47,036 nt of DNA from Candidatus Iainarchaeum sp. (lineage in GTDB: Archaea; Iainarchaeota; Iainarchaeia; Iainarchaeales; JAFCCW01), in the NCBI GenBank assembly GCA_017609985.1, contig JAFCCW010000008.1:1-47036 (forward strand). The letters run 5' to 3'. Below are positions 9,734 through 18,700 of this stretch, piece by piece (the stretch's first letter is position 1; each line of letters opens with the position of its first letter). A model generated the notes under the pieces. It worked only from the letters and a program-made list of their open reading frames with translations. It was not told the DNA's origin and made no database searches. A program made the translations under genes and the position numbers.

Positions 9734-9781
9734 AAAATTAAAACTAAAAATAAAACGAAAACAAAAACGAAAACAAAAACT
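9734..9781 (+). repeat. Hexamer tandem repeat (AAAACN)x8
   Basis: aaaatt aaaact aaaaat aaaacg aaaaca aaaacg aaaaca aaaact, immediately before the AAGGAG RBS of metK. Confidence 0.8.
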
Positions 9782-9794
9782 AAGGAGTGGTTCG

Positions 9795-11000
9795 ATGAAA
9801 AAAGGAAAATTCTTTTTTACTTCTGAGAGTGTTACTGCAGGTCATCCAGATAAGGTTTGTGACCAGATTAGTGATGCTGTTCTAGATGCAATATATGCAA
9901 AAGACCCAGAGGCAAGGGTTGCAGTAGAGTGTCTCACAAAAACAGGATTTGTTGTTGTTGCCGGAGAGGTAACCACTAACACTTATGTGGATATCCAGAA
10001 AGTTGCAAGGGACACAATCCGGGAAATAGGCTATGATGATCCTTCTTATGGATTTGACTGTGATGGCTGCGGTGTTCTTGTTTCAATTTCTGAGCAGAGC
10101 CCTGATATATCTCAAGGGGTTACTGAATCAGAAGAGCACGAGCAGGGAGCTGGAGATCAGGGAATGATGTTTGGTTATGCAACCAATGAAACCCCAGAAC
10201 TTATGCCTTTGCCGATGGTTTTAGCGCACAAGCTCACAAAGAAACTTTCTGATGTGCGAAGTTCCAAAGAGCTTTCATATCTTAGGCCTGATGGAAAAAG
10301 CCAGGTAACTGTTGAGTATGACAGCGGAAAACCTGTGAGAGTTGAAACTGTTGTAATTGCTGCACAGCATTCTGAGGCTGTGACTCTTGAGAAACTCAGA
10401 GAAGACATCATGGAAAAAGTAATAATGCCTGTCTGCAAGGACTTGGTTGATGAGAACACAAAGTATCACATCAACGGAACAGGAAAGTTTGTTTTAGGCG
10501 GTCCTGTTGCTGATGCTGGAGTAACTGGCAGAAAAATAATTGCTGACACCTATGGTGGGCACGGAGCTCATGGTGGAGGGGCTTTCTCTGGAAAAGACCC
10601 AAGCAAGGTTGACAGATCAGGAGCTTACGCAGCACGCTATATTGCAAAAAACATTGTTGCTGCTGGTCTGGCTGACAAGTGCGAGGTTCAGCTTGCATAT
10701 GTAATCGGAGTCGCAGACCCGGTTTCTGTTCTGGTTCGAACATTTGGCACAAACAATGTTCCGGAGGAAAAAATAGAGGGGCTCGTGAAAAAACACTTTC
10801 CTCTCAAGCCTGCTGAAATAATAAAACATCTTGACTTGAGAAGACCAATCTACAGAAAGACTGCGGCTTATGGTCACTTTGGAAGAGATGACCCAGACTT
10901 TACCTGGGAAAAGACTGACAAGGCTGATGTTCTTAAGTTAGAAGCAGGCCAGACAGAAGAGTCTAAAAAAGAGGGAACAGAAGTTCCTCTTGATGGCTAG
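9795..11000 (+). CDS. metK: S-adenosylmethionine synthetase, bacterial/eukaryotic type
   Basis: [60 protein letters not shown]. Confidence 0.98.
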   Translation: MKKGKFFFTSESVTAGHPDKVCDQISDAVLDAIYAKDPEARVAVECLTKTGFVVVAGEVTTNTYVDIQKVARDTIREIGYDDPSYGFDCDGCGVLVSISEQSPDISQGVTESEEHEQGAGDQGMMFGYATNETPELMPLPMVLAHKLTKKLSDVRSSKELSYLRPDGKSQVTVEYDSGKPVRVETVVIAAQHSEAVTLEKLREDIMEKVIMPVCKDLVDENTKYHINGTGKFVLGGPVADAGVTGRKIIADTYGGHGAHGGGAFSGKDPSKVDRSGAYAARYIAKNIVAAGLADKCEVQLAYVIGVADPVSVLVRTFGTNNVPEEKIEGLVKKHFPLKPAEIIKHLDLRRPIYRKTAAYGHFGRDDPDFTWEKTDKADVLKLEAGQTEESKKEGTEVPLDG

Positions 11001-11019
11001 CAATTTAGCAATAAATTCA

Positions 11020-11057
11020 GGCAAGGGATTGAACCAAAAACATTAATATCCCTTGCC
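11020..11057. promoter_or_regulatory. 10-bp inverted repeat (terminator hairpin of metK or operator)
   Basis: GGCAAGGGAT-N18-ATCCCTTGCC; the loop contains an A-rich/TTAATA promoter-like segment for the next gene. Confidence 0.4.
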
Positions 11058-11071
11058 ATCTTATTCTTTTT

Positions 11072-11743
11072 ATGAAACTTGATCTTCACGTTCACTCTGT
11101 TTACTCGGGCCACGCGCTTGGTTCAGGAAAGCAAATAATAAAAGCAGCTTCTGACAAGGGAATAGGTTTTGCAATCACTGACCATGACTGTTGCAAGGCG
11201 TGGAAGAGCTTTTCAGCAGAGGCAAAAAAGCAGTCTGTTCCATTAGTTCTTGGAGAAGAAATAAAGGTTTTTAGATGCGGTGACCTTGTCGGAGAACTAA
11301 TTGGTTTGTTCATGAACGAGCCTGTTCAGCCTGGTGAGATTTATGAAGTAATTGATTGCCTTAGAAAGCAGGATGCATTAATCTCTATTGCTCATCCTTT
11401 TGATATATTGCGGGCTCCGCTTTTAACAGGGTTTAGGCTAAAAAAAGAAATTCTTGGTTTAGTTGATGCAGTTGAGGTTTTTAATGGAAGAAGTTGGCTT
11501 TCAAGATTTAACAAGCAGGCTCAAGAGTTCGCAGGAAAGAATTCAAAGCCTTTTACTGCTGGAAGCGATGCTCATTTTCCAAGCGAGGTTGGAAATGCTG
11601 GTCTGGAACTTGATTGTTCTTCTCTTGAAAAGGCAAGAAAGCTTATAAAGAATGGAAACGCAAAAGTGTTTGGCAAGCGAACTCCAATCACAACCCATTT
11701 CAAGGTTCAGCTAGTAAAAGCTGGTTTACTAAAACAGGAATAA
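11072..11743 (+). CDS. PHP-family metal-dependent phosphoesterase
   Basis: DLHVHS, AITDHD, GEEI, AHPF, VEVFN, GSDAH motifs. Confidence 0.92.
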   Translation: MKLDLHVHSVYSGHALGSGKQIIKAASDKGIGFAITDHDCCKAWKSFSAEAKKQSVPLVLGEEIKVFRCGDLVGELIGLFMNEPVQPGEIYEVIDCLRKQDALISIAHPFDILRAPLLTGFRLKKEILGLVDAVEVFNGRSWLSRFNKQAQEFAGKNSKPFTAGSDAHFPSEVGNAGLELDCSSLEKARKLIKNGNAKVFGKRTPITTHFKVQLVKAGLLKQE

Positions 11744-11761
11744 TTGGAAAAGATTGACAAT

Positions 11762-12436
11762 ATGCAAGTGCAGGTGTTTGATTTGATTGGCCAGTTAAGA
11801 GAAAAAGTAAGCAATTTATTTGCTATTCCCGCAAAACCTTTTGCTGTTCTCGGAATTCATCCGAATATTGTTTCTTTAATGGCTATTCCTTTTTCTCTTG
11901 TCTCTGCTTTCTTTATTTTTTCAGGGGAATTTCCTCTTGCGCTTTTGTTTGCTGTTCTTGCTGTTTCAATGGACCTGCTTGATGGCGCAGTTGCGAGGCT
12001 GATTAACAAGAGCTCTTTGTTTGGAAATTATTTTGAAACAATGATTGACAAGTATGTTGAGTTTATTCTTTTTGGAGGGTGTGCTCTTCTTTATCCCCTT
12101 CCTGCATTTCTTGCTTTTGGATTTTCCTTGATTGAAAGTTATGCAAAGCCAAGAGTTGCTCTTGTAATAATTACTGACAACAGGGACTGGCCAGCAATAG
12201 GAGAGCATGGTGACAGGCTATTGATTCTTCTTGCAGGAATTGCTTTGTCTTTTTTCCAGCTTTCTTTTTTCGGATTTTCAGTTCTGGAGATAGCGCTTTA
12301 TCTTATTGCAGCACTTACTTTGGTTGGCGGAGTGCAGAGAATGTTTTTTGCAAAAAATCTTATTGATGAAGCAGCAAAAAACGGAAATATTCTTCCTTAT
12401 CTAGAAAAATCTGCTTCTGGAAGAGACCAAAAATAG
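11762..12436 (+). CDS. CDP-alcohol phosphatidyltransferase family protein
   Basis: HPN and DLLDGAVAR-x7-GNYFETMID signature, multiple TM helices. Start uncertain (11744, 11762 or 11774). Confidence 0.88.
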   Translation: MQVQVFDLIGQLREKVSNLFAIPAKPFAVLGIHPNIVSLMAIPFSLVSAFFIFSGEFPLALLFAVLAVSMDLLDGAVARLINKSSLFGNYFETMIDKYVEFILFGGCALLYPLPAFLAFGFSLIESYAKPRVALVIITDNRDWPAIGEHGDRLLILLAGIALSFFQLSFFGFSVLEIALYLIAALTLVGGVQRMFFAKNLIDEAAKNGNILPYLEKSASGRDQK

Positions 12437-12492
12437 CTATGTGTAAAAAATATTTATTTCTAAAAAATACTTGTTTGTAAAAAATAGCTGTC

Positions 12493-14040
12493 CTAATTGT
12501 TTGTGTAAACAAATGCTTTGCTTCCGTTGCTTGAAGCAAAAACTCTGTTGAAGCCTTCGCAAGAAAATTCGTTTCTGCTGAATACAATTTCTGCTCCCTG
12601 TGATTCAGCAAATTTTTTCTTTGACTCACAGTCTGAATTAAAAAAGTTTACAATTTCTTCTTCCAGTTCTGGATTTAACCAGAGGTGAGCCCGCGAAACA
12701 CTAAGCACTTTTCTGTTAGAAAGATAAGATGCCATTCTTGAATGCCATGGCAGTGAAATTATTTTCTCTGTTGCTTCAGTATTTTTTTCAATCCATTCAA
12801 AAGCTCCTAAATCACTTAGTTCGAGCGTGTGGGAAAGTTTTTGTCCATCGTCTGGAGTAAATGGTTGCCAGCTTACATTGAATGCAAGAAATACTGCAAT
12901 TGCCACAAGCACAAGCCTCTTAATAGTTCTGTCGTCTTTCACAAGATTGTTTTTCATGACCATTTGGAATAGATAAAATATTCCAATTCCTGCAAGCATC
13001 AGCATCACAAGATTTAGTGTCATGAACAATCGCAGAAACGGTGAAAAGAAACTTATCTTTGCAGAGTAATGTGACAGCAGGGACGGTAGTAAGGCTATTA
13101 TAAAAATTGGCAGGATTTTCATTTTTCTGTCGAATTCAATTCCATTAAATGTTTTTCCGCCAAGGCTTAGGAAATATAAAACAAGAACTGCAACTATTCC
13201 TATCGCGCTTGCTGAAAACAAAAAGCTTCCAAGAAAACTAGCGATTTGAAAGTCTGGTTGATTTTCATTCATTGGTTCCCAGACTATTTTTTCCATAATG
13301 CTTGCAATTATTTCATTTGTTCCCTGTCCGTCTTCTATTCCAATGAACGAGCTGAATGCAAACATGAGGACTGCGAGAAGAACTATTGCTGGCGCAATAA
13401 CTGCAAGATTTTTCTTTAGTGAACTGGGACTCAACAGCAGGTATAATCCAAAAACTAGAATAAGAACAATTGTGAATGCTGGGTGCACGATTGTAGTAAA
13501 CACAAAGCTCAGGCCAAGCACCGGCCAGAATTTTTTATTTTCAAGCGCTTTGAGAAACAGGAACAGATTAATTGGTGTCAGAGCTGTTGCAAGAGCCATG
13601 GGCACAAGAAATTGGGGCCCGAGCAAAGCAATGTTTGTTCTCATTGAAAGCACAATCATTGCAGTTATTAGTCCAGCGATTCTGCTTTTCAAAAAATACC
13701 TGGTAAGCACAAAAACAGTTAGCCCAAGCAGGAATGTAAACAATGCTGGCAAAATTGCTGCAAGCTGTATTTCTTCCAGTCCGCTAAAAATTGAAAGTTC
13801 TGCTAGAAGAACATTGAATCCAAATTCATAGTTTTGGCTGAATGGAAAAATTGTTGGATTTTCTTGGTATGGGTTGCTGAATTCAATTCCTCCAGTATCT
13901 TTCATTTGTTTGGATATTGAAATATGGTCCCAGGTGTCGCTGTGGTATGGTGCAGGATATTCAAAGTAGATGAATCCGCTTGTCAGGACAGCCGCGACAA
14001 ATAATGTTATTACAATGATTGCTGGATTTCGAACAGACAT
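12493..14040 (-). CDS. Polytopic GT-C-fold-like membrane protein with an STT3/AglB-like C-terminal region
   Basis: First TM followed by an SDTWDH loop, ~10 TMs, C-terminal AFEWIEKNTEATEKIISLPW. Lacks WWDYG. Confidence 0.55.
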   Translation of the reverse strand: MSVRNPAIIVITLFVAAVLTSGFIYFEYPAPYHSDTWDHISISKQMKDTGGIEFSNPYQENPTIFPFSQNYEFGFNVLLAELSIFSGLEEIQLAAILPALFTFLLGLTVFVLTRYFLKSRIAGLITAMIVLSMRTNIALLGPQFLVPMALATALTPINLFLFLKALENKKFWPVLGLSFVFTTIVHPAFTIVLILVFGLYLLLSPSSLKKNLAVIAPAIVLLAVLMFAFSSFIGIEDGQGTNEIIASIMEKIVWEPMNENQPDFQIASFLGSFLFSASAIGIVAVLVLYFLSLGGKTFNGIEFDRKMKILPIFIIALLPSLLSHYSAKISFFSPFLRLFMTLNLVMLMLAGIGIFYLFQMVMKNNLVKDDRTIKRLVLVAIAVFLAFNVSWQPFTPDDGQKLSHTLELSDLGAFEWIEKNTEATEKIISLPWHSRMASYLSNRKVLSVSRAHLWLNPELEEEIVNFFNSDCESKKKFAESQGAEIVFSRNEFSCEGFNRVFASSNGSKAFVYTNN

Positions 14041-14128
14041 TGCATATTATTTAGTTTAACTGATTTAAAATGCTTTCCAAAACCAGCTTTTTTAAATTTT
14101 TTCAAGCAAGAATTAATCAGGTGGTTTA

Positions 14129-14452
14129 ATGATTAGTTTTGACGATTTCAAGAAAACAGAACTGAAGGTTGCTGATGTGCTTGAAGTAAGTGAGGTTGAA
14201 GGAAAAGACAAACTTTTTCTCATAAAAATAAACCTTGGAAGTGAGGAAAGGCAGATTGTAGCAGGCTTGAGACAGTTTTATTCAAAGGAAGAACTCGAGG
14301 GAAAAAAAATAATTGTTGTTTCCAATCTTGAACCTGCAAACATAGGTGGAATAAAAAGCGAGGCAATGCTTTTAGCTGTAAAAAATGAGTCAGGAGAATA
14401 CAAGGTTCTTGAAGCTCCCGAGGGAAGTCCAGCTGGCGCAATGCTTGAATGA
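14129..14452 (+). CDS. Stand-alone tRNA-binding OB-fold protein (Trbp111/CsaA/MetRS C-terminal domain-like)
   Basis: MISFDDFKKTELKVA, DKL, RQIVAGL, NLEP..IGGIKSEAMLL. AGGTGG RBS. Confidence 0.92.
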   Translation: MISFDDFKKTELKVADVLEVSEVEGKDKLFLIKINLGSEERQIVAGLRQFYSKEELEGKKIIVVSNLEPANIGGIKSEAMLLAVKNESGEYKVLEAPEGSPAGAMLE

Positions 14453-14509
14453 TTGTGCTAAAGATTTGTGGTCTTATTCAAAGCAAAGAGAATTTAAAGC
14501 AAGGCAAAT

Positions 14510-15658
14510 TCAAAGCAGTGAGAGAACAAACGGAATCGCAATAACAGTTCCTATTGCTGAACCAAGATTTGCAAAAGCAGTCACAAGAATAATCCTTGTA
14601 ACCCTGTTCTTGTAAAAGTCTCCAACAGAACCAATCTTGTCAAGTGTTTCAAAGTCTTTTACTTTTGGTGGATTAATCTTTGTTTCAACCATTCCTGCAA
14701 ACCAGCCTGCTGCCAGAGCAGGGTGAAGTGATGTGAGCGGTGCTGCAAGAAAAGCAGCAATTATTGAGAAAGGGTGGGCAAGAGCAAGCAAGGCACCCAA
14801 TGCGCTTAGCAATCCATTAATCAAAATCCATAACCCAATAACTGAAGCAGTTGCTTCAATTCCCTTTGTGGAAAAAGTCCAGATTAATACTGCTGCAAGA
14901 AAAACCGGGACCAAGAGCATTGCATACTGCATTATTCCTTTTTTTTGAGAAATTTCCTCCAAACAGGAGACATCTATTTTTTTGCCAAGTTTTTCTTTCA
15001 CTCCTTTAAGATGTCCGGCTCCAATAATTGCAACAACTTTTTTTCCCTTCATTTTGTTTATTTTGCTTGCAATATACTCATCCCGCTCATCCACTAGCAC
15101 TTTTTTAATTCCTGGCAACTCTTTTCCAAGCTCGTTCATTAATTCGCTCATGACATCTGCTTGTTTGAGTTCTTCAATTTTTTCTTCTGAAATTTCTTCC
15201 CCTTCACTAAAAATCCCTGTTATTAGCGAGTAAAAGAATTTTGCTTTTTCTCCAAGGCTCATTCCAGCAAAAGCTCTCTTCAATGTAATCTTTACGTTTC
15301 TGTCAAGCATGCTTACAGGAATATTTTTTTCTTCCGCTGTCTTTATTGCCTGTAGCATTTCTTCCCCTGGCTTTGTTCCAATTTTTTCCCCCCATTTCTT
15401 TTGCATATTTGAAAGAAGCAGGTTTAAGAGAAAATGATGAGTTTTTCCCTGTTTGAGAATGGAAAAAATACTTGTTTCCTTCCATTTTTTTTCATGCTTT
15501 AACTGCAGGTATCTCTCTTTGTCAAGTTCTACTCCGACAGAATCAGGATTTTCTTTTTCAATAATTTTCTTCACAAGTTCAGCACTCTGCTTAGAAATAT
15601 GGGCGGTTCCGACAAGAAAAATTGTTTTTTCTCCAATCTTAATTTTTTCCACTGGCAA
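14510..15658 (-). CDS. TraB/GumN (pheromone shutdown TraB-like) family membrane protein
   Basis: LVGTAHIS, VGVELD..R, PGEEM, DR...TLKR, LVDERD, GAGH, APLTSLHP..AAGW. Confidence 0.93.
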   Translation of the reverse strand: MPVEKIKIGEKTIFLVGTAHISKQSAELVKKIIEKENPDSVGVELDKERYLQLKHEKKWKETSIFSILKQGKTHHFLLNLLLSNMQKKWGEKIGTKPGEEMLQAIKTAEEKNIPVSMLDRNVKITLKRAFAGMSLGEKAKFFYSLITGIFSEGEEISEEKIEELKQADVMSELMNELGKELPGIKKVLVDERDEYIASKINKMKGKKVVAIIGAGHLKGVKEKLGKKIDVSCLEEISQKKGIMQYAMLLVPVFLAAVLIWTFSTKGIEATASVIGLWILINGLLSALGALLALAHPFSIIAAFLAAPLTSLHPALAAGWFAGMVETKINPPKVKDFETLDKIGSVGDFYKNRVTRIILVTAFANLGSAIGTVIAIPFVLSLL

Positions 15659-15734
15659 CAGAACACCTGATAAAAAAAAGAAAAAGCAAAACTATTATAT
15701 ATGGAAAGCTATTATTATTCTAGGAAGTGCAGTT

Positions 15735-18700
15735 ATGGCTGGACAAAAATCTTTTTATCTATTTATCTGTCTAATTTTCTTATTCATTTCCACTGCTTTT
15801 TCAGCAGAGCTTGATGGTGATTGTGCGCCTGACTATAATTCCCTTCGCTCTTGCTCATCCAACTCTGACTGCTCGTTCAATAGCTCTCTTGGAATAAATG
15901 AAGAGCTTTGTGATGAAGGTCTTGGCAGATGTGTTGATTGTCAGTGCAGTCAGTGCAGTTTTTATGGTGCTTACACTGGCTGGCTGTGCATTGAATGCTG
16001 TGGAGACGGATTCTGCAATCCTGTTTCAGAGTCTTCAGTGAATTGCCCTGCTGACTGCGGTCTTGACCTGGAACTTGTTTCAGGCTCTGTTTACATAGTG
16101 TCTGAACAGTTGGCAAAAGTTGATGCTATTCTGTTCAACAACAGCACTCAGGGAGTCAAAACAGATGCTATTCTTTACCGAAAACTCAAGGACTCGGCAA
16201 GCTTTGCTGTTGAAGACCCTGTTAAATCAGGCTGGATTTACACTGTTGAAACAGAGGAATTCTTTCCAGGTGCAGAGGAAAAAGTTATTTCTTTTCAAAT
16301 AACTAGTGAAGTCGCAAAAAACAATCGTTTTCTCATATGGGTTAATTCACAGCAAAAGATTGTTGAAACAAACTATGAAAACAATCAGATTGAAGTAGGG
16401 GAAGAAGTTTGCGGAAACGGAATCGATGACGATCTTGACGGTTGCATTGATGAAGAATGTCAAATAGTTTCATGCGAAGTTGAAAGAAATCCCTTCACAG
16501 TTGGTTATCAAAAAAGTGGAAATCTTAAAGTAACAGTCAAGTCAAAAAACTCCTGCGACAACTATTCAATTGCTCTTGAAAATCCTAACGGAAATATTCC
16601 TTCTTTTCTCTCCGCTCCAAAGTCAGTGGACACTTGCACAGGAAACTGTTCCTCTACAAGTTATTCTTCTGGCTGCATTGGCGCAGGTGAATCAATACAG
16701 TTTTATCCTGGGTCCAAAGAAAAATGCTGTCCTGGCTTAAAGGAAATTCCAATTATTTATGGCTCTGGAGGGCTATGTGGACCTTCAGTTAACGGTGCCA
16801 TGCTTTGCTCTGACTGTGGAAACAACTTCTGTGAGGGCTGGGAGAACGAGTGCAATTGCGCAGAAGATTGCTCTATTAATGTGGCGCCAGCCAGTGAACT
16901 GCCAAGTCTTCTTTTCTCAAAAGAAAAAGCTCTTTTCAGCACCTGTGGAAATGGCTACTGTGAAGAAGGGGAAGATGGTAGGGAAATTCCCTGGGATTCA
17001 AGAGTTTACTGCCCTGAAGACTGTGAGAATGAAGAGACAGATGGTCAGTATTATGGCTCTGACAAATTCCAGGTCCTAGTGGAGGAAGAGCCGTGCAACG
17101 GAGGAACAGTCTCTGTTTCTGCCGGCTCTGCACCATTTACTTCAAGAGGAGAAGACTGCGGAAGGACTTCACAGGTTGCCCCAAGCACTTCCCACCAGAT
17201 TATGGCTGTTCCTGCTGCAGGTTATGAATTTGTTCGCTGGGAGCATGGCCTGCCCTCAAACCCGCATTGTTATATCTACGGCTCTGAAAGTGAAAATGCA
17301 ATAATCAAAATGAAGCCATATGAACTATACCATAATGCTTGTACAGTTAAAGCAATTTTCTCCCTGTCAGCCCCAAGCACTTATTCATTGTCAGTAAATG
17401 CGTCACCTTCTGCAGGGGGAAACGTTTCCGGCTCGGGAAGTGTTGTTGAGGGAGAGAGAAAGCAAATTGTTGCAATTCCTAAATCAGGTTACAGCTTTGC
17501 AGGGTGGACTTTGTCAGGCAGTTGCACTATCCTAAACGCTTCCAGCTCCAGAACAAGCGTTACTGTGAACGGCGACTGTACTGCCACAGCAAAATTTTCA
17601 GAAAACACTTATTCCTTGTCTGTTTCAGCATCGCCTTCTGCTGGAGGAACTGTTGAGGGCGAGTCTTCTGATGTTTTGCTTCGCAGCACAATGCCAATCA
17701 GCGCTTCCCCAAGCCCTGGGTACTCTTTTGTTGAATGGACAGATTTCGGAGGCTGCCTTGTTTCTGACAAGGATTCTGCTTCAACCACTGTTTTAGTCAA
17801 CGGAAACTGCATAGTTATAGCAAACTTTGAAAAAAAGTACAAGTTTACGATTTATCCGCATCCTTCTGGAACAGGAACTGTTTCCGGAACAGGTTTTTCC
17901 GGCTCTGGCGAGGCAAAGGTCTTGAATGATGCTCCTGAAAACCAGTGGGTTCAGATTTCAGCAAGCCCTTCTTCAGGCTACAAGTTTTTGTATTGGCAAC
18001 CAGGCTATAGCGAAATGGGTACAGTTTGTTCCCTAGAGAACGAATACAATTCTAATTTCTCCACTAACCGCGTAAAGGCTAGTGGCGAGCCAGGAAGCTG
18101 TACTTACAGAGCAGTGTTTGAAGAGTCCTGTTCTGAAAACTGTTCTGCAAATGGACAGTGCAACATTAACTGTGCTTCAAATCCTGGCTGTGAAACAGAT
18201 CCTGATTGCAGTGCAAGATATTCTTTGACTGTTCTCAAAACTCCTTCTGCAGGGGGGAGTGTCACGGGCACAGTTTCAAGTGTTTCTTTGGGTTCAACAC
18301 ATAATATTTCTGCGTCCCCTGATTCCAGTTTTTTGTTTGTGAGGTGGTCTTTGGATGGTGACTGCAGGCTTAATTCTGGCGCCACAATTGCTTCAAACAG
18401 TGTTACTGTGAACGGAGACTGTACTGCAACAGCTGAGTTTTCACGATGCGGGAGTATCTTCCTTCAAACAAGCCCAATAAGAACAGGAAGTGTTGTTTTT
18501 AACAATTCCAATGTTTCACAAATTTCCTGTCCCATCACTGTAGGTCAGCACAAGATTAACATTAGTCCAGATGAAGGATATTCAATTGTTGAGTTGACTG
18601 CGAATTCAAACACGGCTTCTGGAGATGGTTGTGTATTCTATGGCGGGGCAAGAGCAGGTGACCCAGATGTTTGCAGGTATTATAAACGTATTTATCTAAC

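Noticed and set aside
14510-15658. TraB as evidence of a conjugative element
   Set aside because: This is the widespread TraB/GumN metalloprotein family; no conjugation or integrase genes are nearby.
15453-15734. 94-aa N-terminal extension of the 2170-aa ORF
   Set aside because: It overlaps the TraB gene on the opposite strand; the signal peptide and TATA box support ATG 15735.
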